Source: a virus. Taken from it: DNA of 64,000 bases. The notes under the pieces were generated by a model. That model saw only the letters and a program-made list of their open reading frames with translations. It was not told where the DNA came from and did not search any database. The translations under genes and the position numbers were made by a program. The DNA lies in IMG/VR virus record IMGVR_UViG_3300046557_000516, positions 2,332 through 66,331 of that record, one strand, 5' to 3'. Shown here in pieces: positions 52,985 through 61,793 of the stretch; position 1 is the first letter of the stretch; the number at the start of each line of letters is the position of its first letter.

Positions 52985-55147
52985 ATGGCAAAGACGTTCA
53001 TCGGCGAGCTCATCCTTCGCTTCAAAGACGAAAGCTCCGCGGGTGCTAAGAAATCCGCGGCCGACATCACCGGCGCCCTCGGGAAGATCGAGTCGGCCGC
53101 GAAGCGTCTCAACGAGATGCCTTGGGGTGGGAAGTTTACGCAGCAGCTCGACAAGCTCGGCGCCTCCTCCAAGGATCTCGACAAGCTGAAGATGGCGTGG
53201 AACAGTCTCTACGCCGACATCGAGACCCGCAATCTTTCCAAGGCGCTGAAGAAATCAGAGCTCGGAAACTGGAAGAACGCCACGCTGCAGCATTTCGTCC
53301 AGCAGCAGCAGGCGATGCGATCGGAGCTCGACAAGTCCGAGAAGAAAGCGCGCTCATGGTCGAAGAACATGAAGTCGATGATGGAAGTCGGTCTCGTCAC
53401 AATGGGCGCTTACACCGGCGCGTACATGGGCGGCCTCGTTCTCAAGAGCGGCGTCAAGGCATCGGCCGATTGGGAACGTGAGAAGTACCGCCTCGCGCAG
53501 ACCGGCTACAGCGCCGCCGACCAGAACGCCGCGATTTCGAACGCGCAAGCGCTCACCATGAAGTACCCGCAGATCTCGGGCACAGAAAATCTCGAGCTGA
53601 CAAAGTCGGCGATCGCCGCAACCGGTGGCGTCAATGAAGGTATCGAGATTGCGAAGATCCTGGCTCGGGCGCAAGTCATCGCGCAGACGCAAGGCAAAGA
53701 ATCCAACATCACCGGCGACATGGCCAAGTTCACCAAGGGCGGCGAGCTTGCCGGCTTGATTAAACCCGGCCCCGGTGGGCAGGAACGGTTCAAGACGGCC
53801 CTCGAGAATTGGGTGAAGTTCTCGCAGATCGAAGGCCAATACATGAGCATGGCGGATTTCTTCTCCATGACCCGCCGCGCCAAGGGAACCTTTGCCGGCG
53901 CCTCCGATGAATTCATCGCCTTGCTTCCATCGCTCGGCGTCGACATGACCGCGCCTGGCGCCGGTACTGCTTTGAGCTCTCTCAACAAGGCGTATACGGG
54001 CAACGTCGGGGGCGGCAACGGCAAGCATAACTTCGAAGAGCAAAAGCGCATCGGGATCCGCGATGAAAACGGGATCGTTGCTGCCGATGAATATCGAGCC
54101 AATGCTTTCGCGTGGACGCAGAAGTATCTCATTCCGGCGCTGACCAAGGCCGGGATCAACGTCAATGATTCAGGATCCGTCCAGGGGGAATTGGCCAAGC
54201 TGATCGGCAATGCCAATGCTGCGGCCGTCCAGGGGACGATGATTAATCAGCGGGCATCGATCCAGAAGTCGATCGACCAACGCAACGGCGCCGAAGGCAC
54301 CACAACGGCTGAGAACGCTCGCTACCAGGATCCCTATTCTGGCTGGCAGGGGTTCATGAATTCGCTGCAAAACTTTGCGGCGGCGCTTGGCGAAGGCGGC
54401 CCGATGAAGTCCGCTGTTGCCGGCTTGAACGCAATGACCGACGCGATCAACCGGATGCAAGATGTCTGGCGCAACGGTGGCGCGCTTGGGAAGATGGAAG
54501 TCGGCGGCGGTCTTATGGCTGGCGGCTTCGCCGGTTACAAGCTGATCTCCGGCATCTATGCCATTGCCACGGCCGGTCCCGCCTTGAACGCATCTGCTGT
54601 TGCCCTTGACGGCGCCGCAGCAGCGCTCACAGAGGCGGCCGGCGTTTCCGCGATAGGGAAGGGTCTCCCCGGCAAGAAAGGCGGCGCTGGCTCTTGGGCG
54701 GCATGGGGTCTCGCCGGCATGGCGATCGGCGGCATCGACTCGCTGTTCCGTCCTGGCGACGGCTTAACGGGCGCTCCCCGGACGCATTGGGGGGTCGACG
54801 ACGTGCTCCGCAGGCTCATCGCGGTCTCCGGCGCTGGCCCAGGTGCAGGGACGCCGACTTCAGTCCTCGACGCTCAACGAGGCGGCGCAGGATCGAACCC
54901 GCTACAAAGCGCCATCGACCACGCCTCCGCATTGGGCGGCGCCCTTAACGTCAAAGCGAAACCAATGGTCGACGTCTCATCCATTGAGGCGGCGATCGGC
55001 AAGGCGAACCAGCTCGTCAGCATCCTCGGCGTTGCGCAGAGCGCAGCTCGAGCCTCGACCAACTTCGATCTGCCATCGACAACGGGCGCCGGATCCGTCG
55101 GCCGTGAAATGAATAGAAACCTCGCCGACCATGGAGTCGTACCGTAA
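52985..55147 (+). CDS. Tail tape measure protein
   Basis: Position; long A/G-rich helical ORF. Confidence 0.85.
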   Translation: MAKTFIGELILRFKDESSAGAKKSAADITGALGKIESAAKRLNEMPWGGKFTQQLDKLGASSKDLDKLKMAWNSLYADIETRNLSKALKKSELGNWKNATLQHFVQQQQAMRSELDKSEKKARSWSKNMKSMMEVGLVTMGAYTGAYMGGLVLKSGVKASADWEREKYRLAQTGYSAADQNAAISNAQALTMKYPQISGTENLELTKSAIAATGGVNEGIEIAKILARAQVIAQTQGKESNITGDMAKFTKGGELAGLIKPGPGGQERFKTALENWVKFSQIEGQYMSMADFFSMTRRAKGTFAGASDEFIALLPSLGVDMTAPGAGTALSSLNKAYTGNVGGGNGKHNFEEQKRIGIRDENGIVAADEYRANAFAWTQKYLIPALTKAGINVNDSGSVQGELAKLIGNANAAAVQGTMINQRASIQKSIDQRNGAEGTTTAENARYQDPYSGWQGFMNSLQNFAAALGEGGPMKSAVAGLNAMTDAINRMQDVWRNGGALGKMEVGGGLMAGGFAGYKLISGIYAIATAGPALNASAVALDGAAAALTEAAGVSAIGKGLPGKKGGAGSWAAWGLAGMAIGGIDSLFRPGDGLTGAPRTHWGVDDVLRRLIAVSGAGPGAGTPTSVLDAQRGGAGSNPLQSAIDHASALGGALNVKAKPMVDVSSIEAAIGKANQLVSILGVAQSAARASTNFDLPSTTGAGSVGREMNRNLADHGVVP

Positions 55148-55566
55148 TGCTCGCTTGTCTCGGACCCGTAGTTTTCGACATCCGCGTTGATCTGCAGTCG
55201 ATCTCGGAAACCGAGAAAAGCAGCTTTGCGAAACACGAGATCCTTGGCGGCTCGCCGATCTATGAGCCCGTCGGGGAAGAGGAAGGGAAGATCACGCTGA
55301 AAGGCACGCTCCTCCCCTACTTCCTCGGCGGCCTCAATGGTCTCGCCGCGATCCATCAAGCCCGCCTGCAGAAGCTACCGTTGCCGCTGATGCGTGGCGA
55401 CTTCCAGCCGCGATCGTGGGTGCTCATCGACTCGATCACTCGAGAAGACACGGAGCTCGATGCCGGCGAAGGCATCGGACACAGCATCGAATACACGGTT
55501 GAGCTGATCAAAGTCGGGACGCCCGACATCTCTTCGGCGGCCTCCATCCTCCGCCTCTTCCTCTGA
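55147..55566 (+). CDS. Tail protein (P2 gpU-like)
   Basis: LG...F; ITL.G.L.P; LM.GD; W..I.SI. Confidence 0.85.
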   Translation: MLACLGPVVFDIRVDLQSISETEKSSFAKHEILGGSPIYEPVGEEEGKITLKGTLLPYFLGGLNGLAAIHQARLQKLPLPLMRGDFQPRSWVLIDSITREDTELDAGEGIGHSIEYTVELIKVGTPDISSAASILRLFL

Positions 55567-55576
55567 AGGAGCCGTA

Positions 55577-55813
55577 ATGGCAGACGCAACCATCCTGACT
55601 GAAACCGTTGGGGTGCAGGGGCTCACCCTGGCCGCGGCGATCTGGCGCAAGTTCAAGAAACAGCCGCAGGGCTTCCTCGAGAAAGTCCTCGACCTGAACC
55701 CGGGCCTCTCCGGATCCGACATCCTCCCCGTTGGAACCGTTATCAACTTTCCGCTCGAGGAGTTGACGGCTCCGGCGGGCAAGGATCCGAACGTCGTCAG
55801 ATTGTGGGATTGA
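55577..55813 (+). CDS. Tail protein X-like
   Basis: E.VL.LNPGL....LP.GT.I..P...VRLWD. Confidence 0.85.
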   Translation: MADATILTETVGVQGLTLAAAIWRKFKKQPQGFLEKVLDLNPGLSGSDILPVGTVINFPLEELTAPAGKDPNVVRLWD

Positions 55814-55817
55814 AACC

Positions 55818-56831
55818 ATGGGCTTCATGCTCGCAACGCAGTGTCAGGTCATCATCCAGGGGACCGACGTTACCTCGCGGTTCGACCCGCACCTGAAGTC
55901 GCTGAAGATCACCCGCACCCACGGTAAAGCCGCGGACGAATGCACGATCGACCTCGCAGATCCCGACGGTTACATCCTACTCCCCCAGGAACGCGCGACG
56001 GTTCTGGTCAACATCAATGGCCAGCAAGCCTTCAAGGGCTTCGTGTCCGATGTCGATTACAAGTTCGGCAAGGAAGGCCGCGAGCTGTCGCTGACGGCCT
56101 CGAGCGTCGACCACGGATCCAAGGTCAAGGAACCGAAGCTGAAGCACAAGGACGGCGGCTCTCTCCAGGACGCCGCCTCGGAATTCGGCAAGTCGGCTGG
56201 ATTGACCACGCACGTCGCCGGCTCGATCACTTCTGTCCAGCGCGACTATTGGCTGCAGCAGAACGAGTCCTTCATGGCCTGGGGGCAGCGGATCGCCAAT
56301 GAAGTCGGCGCATCCTGGAAGATCATCGGGACCGACGCCTACATGGTGGCGATCTCGGAAGGGATCTCGATCTCCGGCAAGACGCTGCAGGCGATCACGG
56401 CGACCTATGGCGACAACCTGCTTTCAGGATCGGTGTCACCAATCATCTCGAGGCCGAAGTTTTCGGACGTCAAGATCTCCTACTTCGATCGCGCCAAGGG
56501 CGAGAAGGTGGAGGAGACCGTCCCGACCGGCATCGATGACGTCGACACCGCTCTCCGGACCGTCATCACGGCGGCGGACTCAAACCAGTCGAAGCAAAAG
56601 GCAAAGGCCCATGGCAAGCATTCGAAGCGGGAAAAGGGATCGGCCTCCATCGTCATCCTCGGCGACGTCCGCGCGGAGCCTGAGGCCATTGTCACCCTGG
56701 CAGGAATTCGTCCGGGGATTGACGGTGAATACCGCATCGGGTCCGTTTCCCACGACATCGGCAGGGGCGGCTTCACCACGAACCTTTCACTCAAAGAGCC
56801 CCAGGGCAAAGCAGGAATCGACAAGCGATGA
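55818..56831 (+). CDS. Baseplate hub (P2 gpD-like)
   Basis: G.AD..I.L.D; Q.NES; G.RPG.DG.Y.I..V.H....GF.T. Confidence 0.88.
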   Translation: MGFMLATQCQVIIQGTDVTSRFDPHLKSLKITRTHGKAADECTIDLADPDGYILLPQERATVLVNINGQQAFKGFVSDVDYKFGKEGRELSLTASSVDHGSKVKEPKLKHKDGGSLQDAASEFGKSAGLTTHVAGSITSVQRDYWLQQNESFMAWGQRIANEVGASWKIIGTDAYMVAISEGISISGKTLQAITATYGDNLLSGSVSPIISRPKFSDVKISYFDRAKGEKVEETVPTGIDDVDTALRTVITAADSNQSKQKAKAHGKHSKREKGSASIVILGDVRAEPEAIVTLAGIRPGIDGEYRIGSVSHDIGRGGFTTNLSLKEPQGKAGIDKR

Positions 56832-57454
56832 TTAACCGCAAGATCTTCACGGACACACTGAGGAAGTCGATCTTCTCGACCGGCTACACCGTCAACCAGA
56901 TCGGCGGCATCGATGCGATCTTGACGAAGTGGGAAGCCTCCGGACTCACCGATCTGCGCTGGCTCGCCTACATGATGGCGACGGCCTATCACGAGACGGC
57001 CCGCACGATGCAGCCGGTTCGCGAGACCCTCGCGGCGAACGACAACCAGGCCATCGCTATCCTGGAGCGCTCCTTTGCTCGAGGCTCGATGCCGTGGGTG
57101 AAATCTCCGTACTGGCGCCTCGATGCCGACGGCAAGTCCTGGCTCGGTCGCGGCTTGGTCCAGCTCACGTTCAAAGCCAATTACGAAAAGCTGGCCGCCT
57201 TGATCGGCGTCGACATCGTCAAAACCCCGGCGCTTGCCATGAACATGGATGTCGCTCTCGATATCCTCTTCGAAGGCATGACAAAGGGCGCCAGCAACCG
57301 CGGCGACTTCACCGGCGTCTCCCTCGAGGATTTCTTCAACGACAAGGTCTCGGACTGGACCAACGCCCGCAAAATCATCAATGGCCTCGAGTCGGCCGGC
57401 GTCATCGCAGGCTACGGCCAGACGATATATGCCGCGCTCAAACTCGCCGCATAA
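56828..57454 (+). CDS. Endolysin, glycoside hydrolase family 19-like
   Basis: LAY.MATAYHET..TM.P.RE; GRG.VQLT..NY; AR.IING. Confidence 0.85.
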   Translation: MINRKIFTDTLRKSIFSTGYTVNQIGGIDAILTKWEASGLTDLRWLAYMMATAYHETARTMQPVRETLAANDNQAIAILERSFARGSMPWVKSPYWRLDADGKSWLGRGLVQLTFKANYEKLAALIGVDIVKTPALAMNMDVALDILFEGMTKGASNRGDFTGVSLEDFFNDKVSDWTNARKIINGLESAGVIAGYGQTIYAALKLAA

Positions 57455-57463
57455 GGAGCTACC

Positions 57464-57769
57464 ATGACCAGCAATTGCAACGTTGTTCTCTCCAAGCGAT
57501 CGCCTGGAGTTATCGTCCTGTCCTTGGTCACCGCTGCGATCGACGACATGGATGACGTCACCGTCGGCGCATCCGCCGCGAACATCGGCATGACGGCAAC
57601 CGGATCCGACCAGATTTGGGAAGTCACCCCTGATGTCGATGTCCGCGCGCTGTGGAGCCCTGGCGGATCCACGGCCGTAACGGCGACAACCGGCCGAAAG
57701 CTCAAAGCCGGCGTCCCCTACACCTTCGCTGCCGTGGCCGGTCAAGGCTGCAGCATGATGTTGGCCTGA
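57464..57769 (+). CDS. Hypothetical protein in the lysis cassette
   Basis: AAGGAG RBS. Confidence 0.65.
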   Translation: MTSNCNVVLSKRSPGVIVLSLVTAAIDDMDDVTVGASAANIGMTATGSDQIWEVTPDVDVRALWSPGGSTAVTATTGRKLKAGVPYTFAAVAGQGCSMMLA

Positions 57770-57771
57770 CG

Positions 57772-58038
57772 ATGAAGGGGCTCCTGCAGTACCTCAAGAC
57801 CTCGACGCTGAAACGCGAGGCGTCGTCCCTTCTGATGCTGTGGCTTCTCACAATGGCTACAAGAGCGTTCTGGAATGCGGACGTCGCGACGCAGATCACC
57901 ATCCTCGGAATGTTTATTCCGTTCGCCTTCGCGGCTTTCGCCGGCGCGTTTACCATGGATTGGGTCTCAAAGCAGACCACCATGGGCGGGCCGCCGACAA
58001 ATGATATCGCGGTCAACCAGGATAAGGTTGCATCATGA
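57772..58038 (+). CDS. Putative holin
   Basis: Small two-TM protein in the lysis cassette. Confidence 0.55.
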   Translation: MKGLLQYLKTSTLKREASSLLMLWLLTMATRAFWNADVATQITILGMFIPFAFAAFAGAFTMDWVSKQTTMGGPPTNDIAVNQDKVAS

Positions 58039-58571
58039 GCGTGATCTTCACCTTCGTTCTAGTGGCGCTCAAAGGCGCCCTTGTTGCCATCGGCGACTTC
58101 TTTGCCGCCGTCTACAAGGCGTTCGGAACCATTGGCATCGTCTGCGTCGGCCTGATCATCACGAACATCGGGACCGTCACCTATTACGAGGGTGTCCCGC
58201 TGATCAAAAACATCTGGTACATCGGCGATCTCCCCATCGTCGGCCGGCTCGCGATCGGCGAGGTGCAGCGCAGAGTGACCGTCGCGGTCCTATCGGCGCA
58301 ACACGCATACGCCGTTGCCATGGAAATCACCGCCAGACGAGCGACGTTGGACGCAGAGGCGAAAAGTCAGGCTGAAGCACTCGTAGTGACATCCGGCTTC
58401 AAAGAGCTCCTGGCGCGCTCGCAGAAAACCGAAGACTTGAAAACGAAGGAATTGAAAGATGTGCTTGCTAAAGCGGCGGACAGCCGTCGTGCTGCTGGCG
58501 ATCCTTGCGGCCGCATTGATGCTGCCCGCGTTGACCTCTTGCGTAAGCACGGATTCACAATCGTTAACTGA
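58035..58571 (+). CDS. Putative inner-membrane spanin (Rz-like)
   Basis: N-terminal TM, coiled coil, C-terminal Cys; overlapped by a lipoprotein gene. Confidence 0.6.
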   Translation: MSVIFTFVLVALKGALVAIGDFFAAVYKAFGTIGIVCVGLIITNIGTVTYYEGVPLIKNIWYIGDLPIVGRLAIGEVQRRVTVAVLSAQHAYAVAMEITARRATLDAEAKSQAEALVVTSGFKELLARSQKTEDLKTKELKDVLAKAADSRRAAGDPCGRIDAARVDLLRKHGFTIVN

Positions 58572-58800
58572 TAGCGCAACGCTGATCGGCAAGTCGCGGG
58601 CGAGGCGACAGCTACCGGAGAAGCCGCTGGATTGTGCCGTCGAGGAAACCGACGTCGCCGTCGACCTCAACGATCTCTCCGGCGCGCTGCTGCTCGAGGG
58701 CGATAAACTCCACCGGCAAAACGCGAGAACGCGCCGATGCATGGGCGTTGGAGGGTTCTACGACCGGGTTAAAGCTTCCCAGGAAAGGGCGACGCAATGA
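58459..58800 (+). CDS. Putative outer-membrane spanin (Rz1-like lipoprotein)
   Basis: KRR-hydrophobic-LTSC lipobox; overlaps previous gene in another frame. Confidence 0.65.
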   Translation: MCLLKRRTAVVLLAILAAALMLPALTSCVSTDSQSLTDSATLIGKSRARRQLPEKPLDCAVEETDVAVDLNDLSGALLLEGDKLHRQNARTRRCMGVGGFYDRVKASQERATQ

Positions 58801-61196
58801 GATCTCTGAATTCATTGAGGATGGGCAAGCTCACCCAAAGATCCGGCGCATTGGCATTGCAGAACGTCGCCGCGCGCGGCTGGATCATGAACGGCACAGC
58901 GACCCCAAGTGGGGTCAAGACCCGCTACAAAGGCATCTATCGGTTTACGATCGGCGCTGGCGGAGCAAAGTCACTCAGCCCGGTGTTCTCCAACTTCTGG
59001 ATCAACAATGCAGTCACCCGCGAGGTGACTCCGGCGTCGTCCTACACCATTCGCAAGGCATCGATCTCGTTCAACAACGTTGTCGTTCCGCTCTACTTCA
59101 ACGGCTCGCGATCGGTTGTCGTTCCTGCCGGCACGGTCGAGCTAAAGCCAGACCTCGTTACCCCGGCGATGTTCGGTCGCACTGACTTCCCCCCAGGCTT
59201 CGTCGCCTTCGTCAAGGTCTCCATCGATATCGCGAGCGCTGCTGTCGTCGCTGCCCACCCATCGCCGATGTACCTCGGCGGGGAGAGCCTGCTGGCTTAC
59301 GATCCGGCCAACGATGTCGACGACATCGATCTGAATAGCTGGACCATCCCAACCGGCGCTGACCAATGGATTGCCTTCCCAGGTCCGATCATGCTTGTCG
59401 GCGAGGCCGCGCTGCCCATGACTTCCGTCGTCGGTATCGGCGACTCGATCATGGACGGCTCCGTGGACAATTCGGGTGACGGCTCTTCCGGCGGCGGCTG
59501 GCTTCGCCGCGCGACATACGCGGCCGGACTGCCGTTCTTTGGCGTCACGCGTACGGGAGACAAGGCGCAGTTCGTTGCCGGCAGCAATGCCAAGACCAAG
59601 CAGCTCATGAAATACTGTCATGCGGCTGTCGTTCAGCTTGGCAACAACGACATCCGAGACGGGCGTACCTATGCGCAGTTTCTCGCCGATCTTAGGACAA
59701 CCTGGTCCATGCTCCGCGCTGGCGGCATCCAGTACGTCACCCAGGCTCAGCAGCTATCCGAGACGACATCGACCAATCAGGCCACGACGATTGCAGGGCA
59801 GAGCATCACGACAAACTTTGGCGCGGCCGGCGTCCGCGACCAGATCAACACCACGATCGTCGCGCTCGACGGCGGCAATATCGATGACCAGATAGACATC
59901 CCATCCGTAGTCCAGTCTCTCGGAAAATGGGACGTACCGAAGTTCAACTCGACGCTGGCAGCAGCTACGACGGCCTGGAGCGGCTCGATTAGCACTGTCC
60001 TTGCGCCGCTGCCCGGCGACTTCCTATCGTTCGACCCAGGCACGCCCGCCAACCAGGACGTCGCCTATACCCACGTCAATACGGTCTCCGGCAGCGGACC
60101 CTACACGGACACGATGACGGTAGGGCCGACCAAAGACCATGCCTCCGGTGTCGCGGTCGCCACATCCAACTCTGGCGACGGCATTCACCCGCAGCAGGCA
60201 GCGCATATCGCCGCGGCTACCAAGTCGGCCTCGCCCATACGCCGCATCAAGGCGATCAAGACACCTTGGCTCAACGCCGCCAAGTCATTCGAGATCGACT
60301 TCGTCAACCGTCGAGCACAGTCAGGCGGGCTCATCGTCCCCGTGTCGACGCTGGCCTCCTGCGTCAGGGCCTCGTCTGGCAAGGCATATGATGGGCAGTC
60401 CTGGTACGATATCGTCGCCAACGCCTTGCGCTACGTCGACGGTGGAGGTCTGCATGTCGAACCCGCTACGACCAACAACAACCGCAATAGCTCTGGAGCT
60501 GGCGCAGCCGCCCCAAGCACCCCTCCGAACCTATGGGGCCTGAACACCGGCACAGGCATAACCTATGCTGACTACGCCAAGGGCGTCGAGAATGGCATAG
60601 ACTTCGTCGATATTCATGTGCAGGCGACCACCGCGGCTACCGGCACGACATGGGATGTCGAAAACACCATCACTACCGTTGTCGGGGACATATGGACCAA
60701 CACAATGTTCCTCGCCCTGTTCGGCGCGAACACGTCGGGCATCTCTTCGATCGTTCTAGCAGCGCGCGGGGGCAACGTCAGCAACACCGGCACAGAGTTT
60801 CCGCAGGGGGCGAATATCAAGCCCAACTTGAGCCGGAAGATGTCCAGGCAGACTAGCGGCCCATTGACGCTATCGAACGCCACTACCGTCAAGGTAAACC
60901 AGCGGCTCAACCTAAACCTCACTGCAGGGGCGGGGGGGGACTTCACCATCCGCGTCGGCTGGCCGCAGATGGAGAAGGCATCGTTTTCCACGTCCCCGAT
61001 CGCCACGACTTCAGCGGTAGCATCTCGCGCAGCCGACGCTGTCACGATCGCCTTGCCGACCGGCACGCACACCCTGACCTTCACCTTCGATGACGCCTCT
61101 ACCCAGGCAGTCGCCGGTCTGTCAGGAAACTACACCATCCCGACCAACCTGAATCGACAGATCATCAACTCGATCTCGGCAGTGCGTACAGCGTAA
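58797..61196 (+). CDS. SGNH/GDSL hydrolase-domain protein, probably virion-associated
   Basis: GIGDSI, QLGNNDI, DGIHP blocks; C-terminal IDF.N, RAS, EPA.TN, RAAD domain. Confidence 0.8.
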   Translation: MRSLNSLRMGKLTQRSGALALQNVAARGWIMNGTATPSGVKTRYKGIYRFTIGAGGAKSLSPVFSNFWINNAVTREVTPASSYTIRKASISFNNVVVPLYFNGSRSVVVPAGTVELKPDLVTPAMFGRTDFPPGFVAFVKVSIDIASAAVVAAHPSPMYLGGESLLAYDPANDVDDIDLNSWTIPTGADQWIAFPGPIMLVGEAALPMTSVVGIGDSIMDGSVDNSGDGSSGGGWLRRATYAAGLPFFGVTRTGDKAQFVAGSNAKTKQLMKYCHAAVVQLGNNDIRDGRTYAQFLADLRTTWSMLRAGGIQYVTQAQQLSETTSTNQATTIAGQSITTNFGAAGVRDQINTTIVALDGGNIDDQIDIPSVVQSLGKWDVPKFNSTLAAATTAWSGSISTVLAPLPGDFLSFDPGTPANQDVAYTHVNTVSGSGPYTDTMTVGPTKDHASGVAVATSNSGDGIHPQQAAHIAAATKSASPIRRIKAIKTPWLNAAKSFEIDFVNRRAQSGGLIVPVSTLASCVRASSGKAYDGQSWYDIVANALRYVDGGGLHVEPATTNNNRNSSGAGAAAPSTPPNLWGLNTGTGITYADYAKGVENGIDFVDIHVQATTAATGTTWDVENTITTVVGDIWTNTMFLALFGANTSGISSIVLAARGGNVSNTGTEFPQGANIKPNLSRKMSRQTSGPLTLSNATTVKVNQRLNLNLTAGAGGDFTIRVGWPQMEKASFSTSPIATTSAVASRAADAVTIALPTGTHTLTFTFDDASTQAVAGLSGNYTIPTNLNRQIINSISAVRTA

Positions 61197-61215
61197 TCTC
61201 CTGGAGGAATGGCCT

Positions 61216-61404
61216 ATGAAACTGGCTGAAGCAACGATGGAGGAAATCACGGTTCGCGCTGTGATCACTCGCGCCGACGGTTCCGTCGAGGACTGCGGCA
61301 CCATCGCTCATTGGCAGCGCGACGAACCAGAAACCCCTCTTTCCAAAAGATGGATTGGGGTGCTGAAGAATTTCTTTTCACCCCCTGACATGAAGGACGA
61401 TTGA
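61216..61404 (+). CDS. Hypothetical protein
   Basis: GGAGG RBS; VI.RADGSVEDCG. Confidence 0.6.
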   Translation: MKLAEATMEEITVRAVITRADGSVEDCGTIAHWQRDEPETPLSKRWIGVLKNFFSPPDMKDD

Positions 61405-61784
61405 CTATGGTTGCTCGCGTACAGAATGGCGGCTTGGCCCGCATCACGACATTGCTTGCCGCCGCTTCGTGGTGGCTGCAATGGGGAACCGGTTCGGCCG
61501 CTGCGGCGACCGCCAACGTGGTCACAACCACGACAACAACTGAGGCCCGCGCCTCGGCGACGCCGTCACAGGTCACCGGAACCGTCACCAATGACACGCT
61601 CCGGCTGGCCGCCACGCTCACAGCGGCCGGCGCCCGGGCGATCACCGAAGTCGGCGCCTTCGATGCCGCCGGGGCCTCTTCGCCGCCGACCGGTGGGAAC
61701 ATGGACATCTACGGCGACTTCACCGTGATCAACTTGGCATCCGGCGATTCCATCGCGTTCACGGTGGATACCCGCTTCTCATAA
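61401..61784 (+). CDS. Small fibre-subunit-like structural protein
   Basis: G.ARI...WGTG...ITE.G.F.A..GG.M.....F..INL..GDSI.FT. Confidence 0.65.
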   Translation: MTMVARVQNGGLARITTLLAAASWWLQWGTGSAAAATANVVTTTTTTEARASATPSQVTGTVTNDTLRLAATLTAAGARAITEVGAFDAAGASSPPTGGNMDIYGDFTVINLASGDSIAFTVDTRFS

Positions 61785-61793
61785 GGGGCGACA

